Below the pieces are notes generated by a model that made no database searches, was not told the origin of the DNA, and saw nothing but the letters and a program-made list of their open reading frames with translations. The position numbers and the translations under genes were made by a program. Positions 1 to 9,220 of a stretch of DNA of 39,894 nucleotides are shown here, one piece after another (position 1 is the first letter of the stretch; each line of letters begins with the position of its first letter). Source of the stretch: Kiritimatiellia bacterium (GTDB taxonomy: Bacteria > Verrucomicrobiota > Kiritimatiellia > RFP12 > UBA1067); assembly GCA_051884935.1 (NCBI GenBank), contig JBJEWG010000206.1, positions 1-39,894 on the forward strand, in the 5' to 3' direction.

Positions 1-2550
1 TGGAGCGAGAACGAAGACGACCTCAAGGGGGATGCGTCGGGACCCGGCGTTGGCACCTATCACCTTGGAACAGGCTATGCACATGCCAACGTGAACCAGT
101 ACGAGCTCGATCTAGGCTACTTCAGTGACAAGCTCGAGCGCGGGAAGACGTACTACGCGCGTCTGCGGGCGACGGAGTACGACGGTTCGCGCGTCGTGTA
201 CTCGCCCGAGATACGCCCGTTCACGATTCCGGACCGGCGGGTGAAGCTGTATCTGGGCGACTTCCCCGAAGAGCAGGGCAAAGTTGACGAGGGCGCGACG
301 AGGGACGGCGTCGAATACAGCGAAGGGACGTTCGCCCGCGTGCGGGCGACGCCGGGGACCGGCTATTACCTCAGCGGGTGGAAGCTGGCGGATACGGAGG
401 AGGGCCTTGCCGACGCGCAGGTGATTCTGGAGTCGTATGGCCGCACGGTCTACTCGTTCCTCATGCCGGGCAGGGACCAGTGGATTCTGCCCGTGTTCGT
501 GGTGGAGGGCTTCTCCGTGCTGCGCGGCGTCCAGCGCTACCCCTGGAACAATCTGGTGGATATCGACTACCACCTCACCACCAACTACGCCGAATGGGCC
601 AGCGCGAAGCTGACCCTTCAGGTGAGCATCGACGGGGGCGAGTACAGGGATATTGCGAACTTCCGCGACCCGGCGGATACGAACACGGTGGTCGATCTGA
701 GCGTCAGGAGCGACGCGACCACCAAGCTGTACGAGCCGGGCTGGCACCGCATCACGTGGGACGCGAACGCGGACGGCGTGGCGGTCTTCTCGCGGAACGT
801 GCGGTACCGTCTGTGCGTGCAGGGGCAGAACGGCGCCACGACGACCGACGCCTACACCGACCCGACGCCCGTGGCGATGCTCGACACGCGGCGCGGCGCG
901 GTGCGCATCGTCAAAAATCCCGCCACGGACCTGCTGCCGTTCGCCTATTCGGCGGCGGACTGGGTGTCGTACCCGTATGTGCCGGGCGCGAATCGGCCGG
1001 TGAACATCCAGCTGGCGCCGGTGGCGACGGACGCCCCCGTGGGCACGTGGCACTTCGCGATGGGCACGGCGGCCGACGAGGCCGCGAGCGACGGCTCCTA
1101 CACCTACAGTGACAACCAGCAGTCGATGAAGGAGGTCGCGGACCGCGTCATGTTCTTCGCGGGCGAGGACGAGGAGGGCCGTCAGGAGTGGGGCAGCCGC
1201 ACGGCCTACGGGCTGGTGAAGGCCATCCACACGAGCGCCAAGGGCACGCTGGTGGCCTACTTCCGCTTCCCGGATCTCACGTTCCGCGTGCTGCAGCGCT
1301 CGCCGGTGGCGGAGGACTACTGGTTCAAGGTGAGCGACGAGCTGTTGAAGTCGGTTGGCTATTCGCGCGTGAACATCACCGAGACGGATCGCGCCGACGT
1401 GCGGAACCGGCTCAATGCGTTCCAGCCGAACCATCTGCGCCGCTGGGAGACCCTCGTCACGGGCGCCGACCGGGTGCTGCCCTACACGATGGACGTCGAT
1501 CCGAAGAGCGTGGCGGGCAAGGAGCAGTCCGAAACGGAGATCACGGTGGGGATGCGTCCCGCGGTGGCGGACGAGCAGTACGGCTACTTCGTGAAGTACG
1601 ATCTGCGCAAGGCGAGGAGCGGCGAGTGGGACCCGCAGTGCGAGCCGCAGGACGACGAGACGAAGCTCACGATCAAGCTCGACGAGAACGCCTCGGGCCT
1701 CTACCGCGTCTACACGCTGATCATCCCGTTCGACAACCTGGCCATCACGAACGAGATTCCCGCGACGAACATCGTGGGCGTGCTGCGCGTGGCGAGCACG
1801 CAGGCCGACACGCTGACGGCCGTGCCGTGGCGCGCCCTCGCGACCGACCCCGTGTACGCCGCGAACGTGAGCGTGGCGAACTACCTGAAGACGGCGGGCC
1901 TGGACGCCGGGGATGAAATCCTCGCGCTCGGCTCGGACGGCACGACCTACGCGGGCTGGACGCTGAAGAGCGACCATTCGTGGGAGCCGATGACGACGAC
2001 GACCATCGACAAGGTGGCGGTGGCGCCCGGCGCGGAGAACAAGCTGCTCACGCGCGGTGTCGCCGCGTGGGTGCGCCGCAGGAATCCGCTGAAGGACGGA
2101 AAGGTGCGGCCCTACTACATCTACGGCCAGTTCGAGGAGAAGAACGTCGCGACGTTCATCGCCGGCGGCACGGCGGTCAAGCCGGGCTTCACCATTCTGG
2201 GGCGCCCCGGTCTGCGCCCGCTCGACGTCAACAAGGACCTCGACTGGCAGAACTTCGCGAACCCGCGCGGTTCCAGCGACGTGAACTTCGGCGACGTGAT
2301 CGTCGTGCCGGAGGCTCTGGTGGGTGAGGTCGCGGTGGGGCGGCTCACCCTGACGTACGAGGAGACCGCAGACGGAATGAAGTGGGGCTACTGGCGCACG
2401 TACCGCGAGGGCCGCCTGATGAAGACGAAGTTCGAGACGGATATCCACGTGGCGCCGGGGCGGGCGTTCTGGTACACGCGGCGCGGCACGCACTTCAATC
2501 TGAAATGGCTGTTGACGTGGCCGGAACTCAAGCCGGCGGGCAACAACTGA
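1..2550 (+). CDS. Large surface/secreted-type protein of unknown function; 5' end probably lies outside the window
   Basis: Frame 1 is open from nt 1, with no stop before the GTG at 91 used by the ORF track, to the TGA at 2548-2550. Amino-acid composition looks like a real protein, unlike the Arg/Pro/Ala/Gly-rich shadow ORFs typical of this window. One segment (ATPGTGYYLSGWKL) resembles the Listeria-Bacteroides/InlB-B repeat signature. No catalytic motif recognised. A strong hairpin terminator follows. Confidence 0.6.
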   Translation, partial: WSENEDDLKGDASGPGVGTYHLGTGYAHANVNQYELDLGYFSDKLERGKTYYARLRATEYDGSRVVYSPEIRPFTIPDRRVKLYLGDFPEEQGKVDEGATRDGVEYSEGTFARVRATPGTGYYLSGWKLADTEEGLADAQVILESYGRTVYSFLMPGRDQWILPVFVVEGFSVLRGVQRYPWNNLVDIDYHLTTNYAEWASAKLTLQVSIDGGEYRDIANFRDPADTNTVVDLSVRSDATTKLYEPGWHRITWDANADGVAVFSRNVRYRLCVQGQNGATTTDAYTDPTPVAMLDTRRGAVRIVKNPATDLLPFAYSAADWVSYPYVPGANRPVNIQLAPVATDAPVGTWHFAMGTAADEAASDGSYTYSDNQQSMKEVADRVMFFAGEDEEGRQEWGSRTAYGLVKAIHTSAKGTLVAYFRFPDLTFRVLQRSPVAEDYWFKVSDELLKSVGYSRVNITETDRADVRNRLNAFQPNHLRRWETLVTGADRVLPYTMDVDPKSVAGKEQSETEITVGMRPAVADEQYGYFVKYDLRKARSGEWDPQCEPQDDETKLTIKLDENASGLYRVYTLIIPFDNLAITNEIPATNIVGVLRVASTQADTLTAVPWRALATDPVYAANVSVANYLKTAGLDAGDEILALGSDGTTYAGWTLKSDHSWEPMTTTTIDKVAVAPGAENKLLTRGVAAWVRRRNPLKDGKVRPYYIYGQFEEKNVATFIAGGTAVKPGFTILGRPGLRPLDVNKDLDWQNFANPRGSSDVNFGDVIVVPEALVGEVAVGRLTLTYEETADGMKWGYWRTYREGRLMKTKFETDIHVAPGRAFWYTRRGTHFNLKWLLTWPELKPAGNN

Positions 2551-2556
2551 ATCACC

Positions 2557-2594
2557 GCCATCGCGCCGTCGGCGCGATGGCTTCGTCGTTCTTC
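2557..2594 (+). terminator. Rho-independent terminator candidate
   Basis: Perfect 11-bp stem GCCATCGCGCC / GGCGCGATGGC with loop GTC (2557-2581), followed by the T-rich tract TTCGTCGTTCTTC. It sits between two convergent genes. Confidence 0.5.
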
Positions 2595-2611
2595 GGGGGA
2601 ACGCGCCTCGG

Positions 2612-3514
2612 CTAGACGTCGATCTTGACGATCCGGCGGATGATGAGCCAGCCGGTCGTGACGAGGGCGAGGGTGACGCCGATGCAGACGGCGCCCTTGA
2701 AGGACATGAGGAAGGGCTTCATCGCGTCCGGCTTCAGCACGGTCATGGCGACGCCGAGAACGAGCGGCATGAGGGAGACGACGAGGCCCTGCAGACGACC
2801 CTGGGCGGTGAGCGTGCGCACGCGGCGCTCGATGCGCATCCGGCCGCGGATCGTGTCGGAGATCTTGTCGAAGATGTCCGTGAGGTTGCCGCCCGTCCGG
2901 CGGGCGATGTCGATGGAGGTGCAGACGAGGGTGAGGTCGTCCGAGGCGACGCGGCGGTCGAGCGAGGCGAGGGCCTCCTCGAAGGAGAGTCCCACGCGCA
3001 GCTGCTGAAGCAGGACGGTGAACTCCTGGGCGATCGGCTTCTCGCCGCTTTCGACGACGCTCTCGAAGGCCTGGTTGATCGAGAAGCCGGCGCGGAGGGC
3101 GTTGGACATGGTGCCCAGGGCCTCGACGAGCTGTTCGTTGAACTTCACGCGGCGGCGGTCCCGCAGGATGCGGACGTAGCGGCCGGGGAGGGTGAAGACG
3201 AATGCGCCGGCGCCGAGGCCGAGCAGGACGCCGGCGGCGGTGGAGGCGACGTTCGAGAAGCTGAAGAGGGGGATGAAGAAGAGGAAGAAGGCGGCGAGGG
3301 CGGCGAAGCGGCCCAGCTGGGCGATCTTCTGCGGCGAGACGAACATGAAGACGTCCTCGAACTGGCGGCTCGTCTCCGCGCCCATCTGCGAGGCGTAGTT
3401 GCCCGTGCCCTCGTGGAGCGCGGCGACGAACATCCAGGCGAAGCCGAAGAAGGCGAGGCCGACGGCGGCGATGGCGCCCCAGAAGAGGAAGGCGGGATTC
3501 AGAAGGATCGTCAT
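2612..3514 (-). CDS. Tad pilus inner-membrane platform protein (TadB/TadC, T2SS-F family)
   Basis: 300 aa. N-terminal and C-terminal TM segments flank a cytoplasmic T2SSF-like domain (LVEALGTMSNALRAGFSINQAFE ... LRVGLSFEEALASL). It lies immediately downstream of the CpaF gene in the same operon. Confidence 0.85.
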   Translation of the reverse strand: MTILLNPAFLFWGAIAAVGLAFFGFAWMFVAALHEGTGNYASQMGAETSRQFEDVFMFVSPQKIAQLGRFAALAAFFLFFIPLFSFSNVASTAAGVLLGLGAGAFVFTLPGRYVRILRDRRRVKFNEQLVEALGTMSNALRAGFSINQAFESVVESGEKPIAQEFTVLLQQLRVGLSFEEALASLDRRVASDDLTLVCTSIDIARRTGGNLTDIFDKISDTIRGRMRIERRVRTLTAQGRLQGLVVSLMPLVLGVAMTVLKPDAMKPFLMSFKGAVCIGVTLALVTTGWLIIRRIVKIDV

Positions 3515-3529
3515 GGTTTCGCTCGTTGT

Positions 3530-5221
3530 TCAGCGTCCGACGACTTCGAGGCGCACGTCACGGTGCTGGCCCGGGTCGAAGATGGCGGTGTCGAGGCGCA
3601 GACCGCAGCTCTTGAGGTGTTCGTAGAAGGTGGGCACGGCGCCGGTGGGCTGGAAGACGCCCTGCACCCTGCCGTTCGCATCGACGCCGCTCTGGCGGAA
3701 GGCGAAGATGTCCTGCATCACGATCTGCTGGCCTTCGAGGCCCGTGACCTCGGAGATGGCGACGACCTTGCGCGAACCGTCCGAGAGGCGGGACTCGTGG
3801 ATGACGATATCGACGGCGGATGCGATCTGCTCGCGGATGGCGCGGGAGGGAAGCTCCATGCCGCTCATGAGCACCATGGTCTCAAGGCGCGAGATGACGT
3901 CGCGCGGCGAGTTGGCGTGGACGGTGGTGAGGGAGCCGTCGTGGCCGGTGTTCATGGCCTGGAGCATGTCGAGCGCCTCGCCGCCGCGGCATTCGCCCAC
4001 GATGATGCGGTCGGGCCGCATGCGCAGGCAGTTCTTCACGAGGTCGCGGATCGGCACGGCGCCGCGCCCCTCGATGTTCGGCGGTCGGGCCTCAAGGCGC
4101 ACCACATGGGGCTGGGCGAGGCGAAGCTCCGCGGCGTCCTCCACGGTGACGATGCGCTCGTCGTGGGGGATGAAGCCGGAGAGGAGGTTGAGGAGGGTCG
4201 TCTTGCCGGAACCGGTGCCGCCGGCGACGATGATGTTCTTGCGCATCACGACGCAGGCCCGCATGAACTCGGCGGCGTTGCGCGTCCAGGTGCCGAAGCG
4301 GACGAAGTCCTCGACGGTGAGCGTCTTCTTCGCGAACTTGCGGATGGTGATGGTGGGGCCTGAGAGGGAGAGGGGCGGGATGATCGCGTTCACGCGCGAG
4401 CCGTCCGCGAGGCGGGCGTCCACGTAGGGCTGCGACTCGTCGATGCGGCGGCCGATGGGGGAGACGATGCGCTCGATGACGGCCATGACGCTCGCGTCGT
4501 CGGTGAACTGCATATCGGTGAGTTCGAGCTTGCCGTGGCGCTCGACGTAGACGTGGCGCGGGCCGTTGACCATGATCTCGGTGACGGACTCGTCGGCGAG
4601 CAGGTCCTCCAGCGGGCCGAGGCGCAGGGCCTCGTTGAAGACCTCGCGTTCGAGGCGGGCGGCGTCGATGCCGGCGGGCAGGCGGCCGCCGGTGCGCACC
4701 TGCTCGACGATCTCGTGGAGCTTCTCCGTGGCCTGGCGTTCGAGCCCGGCGCGGTCCACGCCGGCGACGGTGAGGCGCTTGAGGTCGAGGCGGGCGATGA
4801 GCTCCTTCTGAATCTGCTCCTTGGCCTGGCGGAGGATGGCGGCGAGGGGGTCCGGGGCCGGGGGAGGCGGCGGGGCGGGGGGCGGGGGGGCCTTCTCGGC
4901 GATGCGTGGGGCCTCGTCGCCCTTCGCGGCCGGCGAGACGCGCAGCATGGTGCCGCCGATCTGCACGACGGCGTCGGGCCGGAGGCGGAGAGGGGCGTCG
5001 AGCGACACGCCGTTCACGTAGGTGCCGTTCGAGCTGTTGAGGTCCTCCAGCGTGGCGACGCCGCCTTCGAGGGTGAGCAGGGCGTGGCGCTCGGAGACGT
5101 CGGGGAAGGGCAGGCAGATGCGGCACGTGGCCCCGCGCCCGATGAAGTAGGTGCCGTCCTCGGCGCGGACGCGCGTGGCGGAGGCCTCGCCGGCCTTGAT
5201 GATGTCGATCAGGAACGCCAT
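3530..5221 (-). CDS. cpaF: CpaF/TadA-family pilus assembly ATPase with N-terminal FHA domain and poly-proline linker
   Basis: Walker A (VAGGTGSGKTT) and CpaF-type motifs (TVEDAAELRL, RMRPDRIIVGECRG, GHDGSLTTVHANS). The N-terminus has an FHA-like signature (YFIGRGATCRICLPFPDVSERHALL ... LNSSNGTYVNG) followed by APPPPAPPPPPAPDP. I place the start at ATG 5221 (MAFLIDI), 1 nt after the upstream stop at 5223-5225. The longer track ORF starting at 5296 overlaps the CpaB gene. Confidence 0.9.
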   Translation of the reverse strand: MAFLIDIIKAGEASATRVRAEDGTYFIGRGATCRICLPFPDVSERHALLTLEGGVATLEDLNSSNGTYVNGVSLDAPLRLRPDAVVQIGGTMLRVSPAAKGDEAPRIAEKAPPPPAPPPPPAPDPLAAILRQAKEQIQKELIARLDLKRLTVAGVDRAGLERQATEKLHEIVEQVRTGGRLPAGIDAARLEREVFNEALRLGPLEDLLADESVTEIMVNGPRHVYVERHGKLELTDMQFTDDASVMAVIERIVSPIGRRIDESQPYVDARLADGSRVNAIIPPLSLSGPTITIRKFAKKTLTVEDFVRFGTWTRNAAEFMRACVVMRKNIIVAGGTGSGKTTLLNLLSGFIPHDERIVTVEDAAELRLAQPHVVRLEARPPNIEGRGAVPIRDLVKNCLRMRPDRIIVGECRGGEALDMLQAMNTGHDGSLTTVHANSPRDVISRLETMVLMSGMELPSRAIREQIASAVDIVIHESRLSDGSRKVVAISEVTGLEGQQIVMQDIFAFRQSGVDANGRVQGVFQPTGAVPTFYEHLKSCGLRLDTAIFDPGQHRDVRLEVVGR

Positions 5222-5222
5222 C

Positions 5223-6038
5223 TCACCGTCCCCCGATTTCGAGCTGGCGCTTGTTGTTGAGCTGCTCGATCTCCTCGCGGATCTTCGCGAAGTCAACCTG
5301 CGGCAGCTCCTTCTCGTAGGAGGTGTCGTTGCGGTTGCGCAGCGAGAGGGAGAGGCGGCCCTTGATCTGTTCGGCGAAGACGAGCATCTCGGCCTCGCGG
5401 GGGGTGACCTCCAGCGTCACCGTGGAGTAGGAGGTGCCGCCGAAGGAGAGGGTGGGGGCGGACTTCGCCGTCTCCTTGCCGGTCGCGAGCACCAGCACGT
5501 TCTGGAGCATCGTGCAGGTGACGAGCTCCTGGAGGACGGTCTTGCCGTCCGGCGCGGTCTTCGGGAAGGAGAACGTGCCGATCACGTCCACGTGGTCGTT
5601 GGGCTTGACCATGCCGCTGACGGCTGCGGCGCCGGAGGCGTTGATGGAGACGGCGCGCATCTTCTTGCGGATGTCGCCGGCGAGGCCGCCGCCGAACGGG
5701 TTGCCGCCCTCGATGTCGGACCAGAAGAGAATCTCCTTCGCGCGGCGGCCGTTGACGAGCTTGCGGCCAACGATGTCCGGTATGTTCTCGGTGGTGAGGG
5801 CCTGGCCGCGCAGGCCGGCGGCGGGGACGGTGCACTTGTAGAGGTCGGCCTTCTGGATGACAGTGCCGCTGGGGACGTCCTTCGCGAAGATGAGCGCGTC
5901 GAGGGTGCCGTGGCGGGCGGTGAAGTCCTGCTTGAGCTTGCGGAACTCGGCATCCTTGGTTGAGAGGTAGGTGCGCGTGAGCAGGGCGGCGAGCAGGCCG
6001 GCGACGACGGCGACGATGAGCACGATCTTCTGTTTCAT
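5223..6038 (-). CDS. cpaB: Flp pilus assembly protein CpaB/RcpC
   Basis: Start ATG at 6038 (MKQKIVLIVAVVAGLLAALL, one N-terminal TM) is preceded by GAGGA. CpaB-like motifs are present (KKMRAVSINASGAAAVSGMVKPNDHVDVIGTF). The 380-aa track ORF carries a Pro/Ser-rich shadow extension that I reject. Confidence 0.8.
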   Translation of the reverse strand: MKQKIVLIVAVVAGLLAALLTRTYLSTKDAEFRKLKQDFTARHGTLDALIFAKDVPSGTVIQKADLYKCTVPAAGLRGQALTTENIPDIVGRKLVNGRRAKEILFWSDIEGGNPFGGGLAGDIRKKMRAVSINASGAAAVSGMVKPNDHVDVIGTFSFPKTAPDGKTVLQELVTCTMLQNVLVLATGKETAKSAPTLSFGGTSYSTVTLEVTPREAEMLVFAEQIKGRLSLSLRNRNDTSYEKELPQVDFAKIREEIEQLNNKRQLEIGGR

Positions 6039-6054
6039 GTTGTCCTCGGTGTGA

Positions 6055-6381
6055 TCAGGGTTCGGGGCCGCGGCGGAACTCGGTGACGCGGGCGCCGGAA
6101 GGGGCGTCCTCGGCCAGGAGGGCGGCGGTGCGCCGGCCGCGGGCGAAGAGCCTGAAGGTGGGGGTTGAGACGGGGAGCTCCTGCCAGCCCGCGTCGCGGT
6201 AGGCGGCGGCGGCGCGGGCGGCGGCGTCCTCGGCAGCGCCGGGCTCGAAGCGCACGGCGACCTGCGCGTCCCCGGCGATCGTCCCGGCGTAGACGGGCTC
6301 GACGGTCTTCTGGACGCGGAAGATCCATCCGGCGGCGGCGAGGGCGGCGACGAGCGCGAAGGCAAGCAGGGCGCGCTTCAC
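6055..6381 (-). CDS. Small N-terminally anchored protein of unknown function within the tad operon
   Basis: 108 aa with a GTG start that overlaps the upstream stop as GTGA. Hydrophobic N-terminus MKRALLAFALVAALAAAGWIF. No G-Q class III signal motif. It lies between the TadE-like and CpaB genes. Confidence 0.5.
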   Translation of the reverse strand: MKRALLAFALVAALAAAGWIFRVQKTVEPVYAGTIAGDAQVAVRFEPGAAEDAAARAAAAYRDAGWQELPVSTPTFRLFARGRRTAALLAEDAPSGARVTEFRRGPEP

Positions 6382-6782
6382 AGGAGGCCCCCCTCCTGCG
6401 CGAAGGCGGGGACGCCCATCGCGGGCATGGAGGCCTCTTCGCTCACGCGGTACTCGTTGCCCGCGTTCGCCTCGAAGAGGTACTCGGCGGCGAGGTCGGT
6501 GAGATCGACGGTCTCGTGGCGCTGTTCGGTGACGAGTTCGAGCGCGGGGATGCCCTGCGCCGACGCGGGGAGATTGTCGAGGATGCGCGGGGGCAGGGCG
6601 CCTTCCGCACTGCCGCCGCCGACCTCGGCGGCGCAGCCGGCGGCGCGGCGCACCTCGCTCTGGAGCTGGGCCGTGCGCGGGATGATCGCCCCGAACGCGA
6701 GGAGCGCGCTCAGGATGAGCGCGAAGGCGAAGACGCAGATGGCGAACTCGACCATCGCCTGACCGGACGACCTAGCGTGCAT
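6378..6782 (-). CDS. TadE-like pseudopilin
   Basis: 134 aa. N-terminal class III signal-like motif SSG-QAMVEF followed by a hydrophobic helix. Operon context. Confidence 0.7.
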   Translation of the reverse strand: MHARSSGQAMVEFAICVFAFALILSALLAFGAIIPRTAQLQSEVRRAAGCAAEVGGGSAEGALPPRILDNLPASAQGIPALELVTEQRHETVDLTDLAAEYLFEANAGNEYRVSEEASMPAMGVPAFAQEGGLL

Positions 6783-8193
6783 GGCGCGTGCCTCCTCCGG
6801 ACGTGGGGCCGCCGCCCGTGGGGCGACGGCACTGGGCGCTGTTGAGCGAGAGCCACTGGACGCCGCGCGAGCGGAAGGCGGCGTCGTTCCAGGTGCGGAG
6901 CGTGGCGCAGTAGGCGCAGCCGTCCGAGAAGTGTCCCTCGGCGCAGCCGAGGATGTGGTCGCGGGTGTGGACGACCCAGGCGTCCTCCGCCATGTTGAGG
7001 CGCGCCTCGGATGCGCCGGCGAGCATGATGAGGCGCACGGCGGTGAAGGCGGGGGTGACGAGGGGAAACTCGCCGTCGAGCGTGACGGTGCGCCCGTCGA
7101 TCTCGCCGAAGGGCTTGGCGGCGGCGGTCCACACGTTCGCGCGGTCGGGGACGTTGGGTGTGAAGGGCGAGAGCGTGGTGGTGACGCGGGTGGCGGCGGA
7201 GGCGCCGAAGACGTCGAAGCGGGGCTGCACGTCGCCGCGCAGGGGCAGTCGGTCCTCGCCGTCGATGTGCATCTCGTGCCAGGGTCGCCAGTCGCCGCCG
7301 TAGAGATACCAGGCGTAGGCGAAGGCGTTGGTGAGCACGCCGGAGCGGTCGAAGGCGTCGTCCGTGACGCTGGCGCAGCCGTTGCGCTTCGCCGCGTCGA
7401 GCACGTGTTGGCGGATGCGGGCCGCGTCGCCGGCGGGGTCGAGGTCGCCGAGGGGCGCCTGCACGCGCCGCACGTCCACGGCGAAGAACTCCGGGTTCTG
7501 CGGGGAGGCGACGTCGCCGGGGGGCACCTCGCCCCAGCCCGTGAAACTCTGGAGCAGGTCCATCATCTCGTCGCGCAGGAAGAACCAGCACCAGTCCTCG
7601 CCATCGACGGCGTAGTAGAAGGACTTGTTGTAGAGGGGGTGGCGTGCGTCGGCGCTGTAGTTGTAGAAGCGGGCGTTCTCGCAGCCGGCGTAGACGCCGC
7701 CCTGCACGGCGCCGCGCAGCATCTCGGCGTACTCCTGCGGCTTCTGGGGCCAGCCGGGCGTGGCGGGCACAAAGCGGGCCGCGCCGGAGATGGCGTCGTC
7801 CACGAGGCGCGTCATGCCGGGGTCGGGCCGCATGCCGTTCTTCTGGGCGACGACCTGCGCGGCGTAGAGTCCGGCGAGCGGCCCCGCAAAGGCGAGGCGT
7901 TCCTGAAGGTGCTGGATGCCGGCGGCGAGGTTCGTGGCGGTGGCGGGGTCGTCGGCATAGCGGCAGGCCACATCGACCTGTGCGAGGTTGAGCGCGCCGA
8001 GGGCGTTGAGGGTGATGCCCTGCCAGCGGGCGGCGGCGAGGGCGGCGGCGTCGCCGGCGTTCTGAAGGCGGCCCTTGCCGCGGATCGCGAGGAACACGTC
8101 GGCGTTCACCAGCACCAGGAACAGCAGCCCCAGGAGCATGAACGCGAGCACGAGGACGATCTGCCCGGCCTTTCTATCGGGTGCGGCGGCCAT
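6772..8193 (-). CDS. TadG-like pilus assembly protein (TadE/G-like N-terminal domain)
   Basis: 473 aa. The N-terminus (KAGQIVLVLAFMLLGLLFLVLVNADVFLAIRGKGRLQNAGDAAALAAA) matches the TadG-type motif (hydrophobic helix followed by LQ-A-DAAALA). Operon context. Confidence 0.65.
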   Translation of the reverse strand: MAAAPDRKAGQIVLVLAFMLLGLLFLVLVNADVFLAIRGKGRLQNAGDAAALAAARWQGITLNALGALNLAQVDVACRYADDPATATNLAAGIQHLQERLAFAGPLAGLYAAQVVAQKNGMRPDPGMTRLVDDAISGAARFVPATPGWPQKPQEYAEMLRGAVQGGVYAGCENARFYNYSADARHPLYNKSFYYAVDGEDWCWFFLRDEMMDLLQSFTGWGEVPPGDVASPQNPEFFAVDVRRVQAPLGDLDPAGDAARIRQHVLDAAKRNGCASVTDDAFDRSGVLTNAFAYAWYLYGGDWRPWHEMHIDGEDRLPLRGDVQPRFDVFGASAATRVTTTLSPFTPNVPDRANVWTAAAKPFGEIDGRTVTLDGEFPLVTPAFTAVRLIMLAGASEARLNMAEDAWVVHTRDHILGCAEGHFSDGCAYCATLRTWNDAAFRSRGVQWLSLNSAQCRRPTGGGPTSGGGTRHAR

Positions 8194-8196
8194 CGG

Positions 8197-8745
8197 TCAC
8201 TGGAGGTAGAAGGGGTAGTGGCCCTCGATCTCGGCGACGCTTTCGAGGGAATGAAGCGGGGCCTCGCCGCCGGACTCCTCCGCGAAGGAGGCGCCGTAGA
8301 GGGGGCGGCGCTGCCACACGCGCATCGTGAGCGCGGAGGCGGGGCCGCCGGGTTCGGAACAGGTCCAGCCGAGCTTGTCGCCCTCCCAGAGCTCGAAGTC
8401 GAGGATGCCGCGCACGTCGGCCTCGTATTCGCTTTCGAGGTAGGAGCCCATGCGGCTGACGAGCGCGCCGGTGGAAAGCTCGCCGCCGTCGTCGTCCTGC
8501 GTGAGGCAGCGTCCGGCGGTGGAGAGGGTCGCGACGCGGACGGTCTTTGTGACCATGAAGTCGTTGAAGCCGACGGTGCGGGCGCGGGCGGCGCGGGCGG
8601 CGGCGTAGTCGAGCACGGTGCGGGCGGTGAGGAGGCTGGCGTATTCGTAGACGGCGAAGAAGACGAGGCAGGTGAAGAACAGGACGACGATCGTCTCGAT
8701 CATCGCCTGCCCCGCACGCGCCGTCCTCTTTCCCGCCGCGTTCAC
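8197..8745 (-). CDS. TadE-like pseudopilin
   Basis: 182 aa with a GTG start. N-terminal RAG-QAMIETIVVLFF motif plus a hydrophobic helix. It ends 3 nt upstream of the TadG-like gene. Confidence 0.7.
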   Translation of the reverse strand: MNAAGKRTARAGQAMIETIVVLFFTCLVFFAVYEYASLLTARTVLDYAAARAARARTVGFNDFMVTKTVRVATLSTAGRCLTQDDDGGELSTGALVSRMGSYLESEYEADVRGILDFELWEGDKLGWTCSEPGGPASALTMRVWQRRPLYGASFAEESGGEAPLHSLESVAEIEGHYPFYLQ

Positions 8746-8784
8746 GTCCGCCGCCGCCTTTCGCCTCGCACGAGGCGCGCGAAG

Positions 8785-9006
8785 CTACTCGCCGATCTTC
8801 TTGATGGTGTCGGTGTCGATGCTCTCGACGGCGGACTTGGCGTCCGCGCCCTCGGATTCGGAGATGGCCTCCGTCGCGCCGGCCACCTTCTTGCCCACGC
8901 CGCGGCTGAAGTAGGTGAAGACGGCGATGAGGGAAATGGCGATGAGCGTGACGATGATGATGTACTCGACCATCGTCTGGCCCTTCTTGAACTTTGTGCT
9001 CTTCAT
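8785..9006 (-). CDS. flp: Flp-family type IVc pilin
   Basis: 73 aa. Flp motif KKG-QTMVEY followed by the hydrophobic IIIVTLIAISLIAVF. AAGGAAAGGA Shine-Dalgarno upstream. Confidence 0.8.
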   Translation of the reverse strand: MKSTKFKKGQTMVEYIIIVTLIAISLIAVFTYFSRGVGKKVAGATEAISESEGADAKSAVESIDTDTIKKIGE

Positions 9007-9054
9007 GGTATGCGTCCTTTCCTTGTTGGGTCGATTCGCCTTGCGCGTGGCCGA

Positions 9055-9213
9055 TCAGGGATACTCGCAGGTGACGAGGGTGGTCGTCCGTTCGGCCGAA
9101 CCGCGTGCGGCGCGCGCGAAGATCCGCACCGCGAAGTAGACGCCGAGCAGGGCCACGAACACGAGGATGTATTCGAGCGCGGCCTGTCCGGACCTCCTGT
9201 CGCAGTGTTTCAT
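9055..9213 (-). CDS. Second small Flp-like pilin (first gene of the operon)
   Basis: 52 aa from ATG 9213: MKHCDRRSG-QAALEY-ILVFVALLGVYFAV, a G-X4-EY Flp motif. The longer track ORF (start 9246) would run through the predicted -10 element, so the shorter form is preferred. Confidence 0.6.
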   Translation of the reverse strand: MKHCDRRSGQAALEYILVFVALLGVYFAVRIFARAARGSAERTTTLVTCEYP

Positions 9214-9220
9214 CGGCGGT

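Noticed and set aside
5223-6365. N-terminal extensions offered by the ORF track (CpaB from 6365, CpaF from 5296, metK from 11098, GH2 from 25741, symporter from 26538, OMP from 35393, GH from 18128, HU-like from 9891)
   Set aside because: The extensions overlap upstream genes, promoters or repeat elements and are Pro/Ser/Arg-rich. Internal ATGs with SDs give proper signal peptides or family-typical N-termini.
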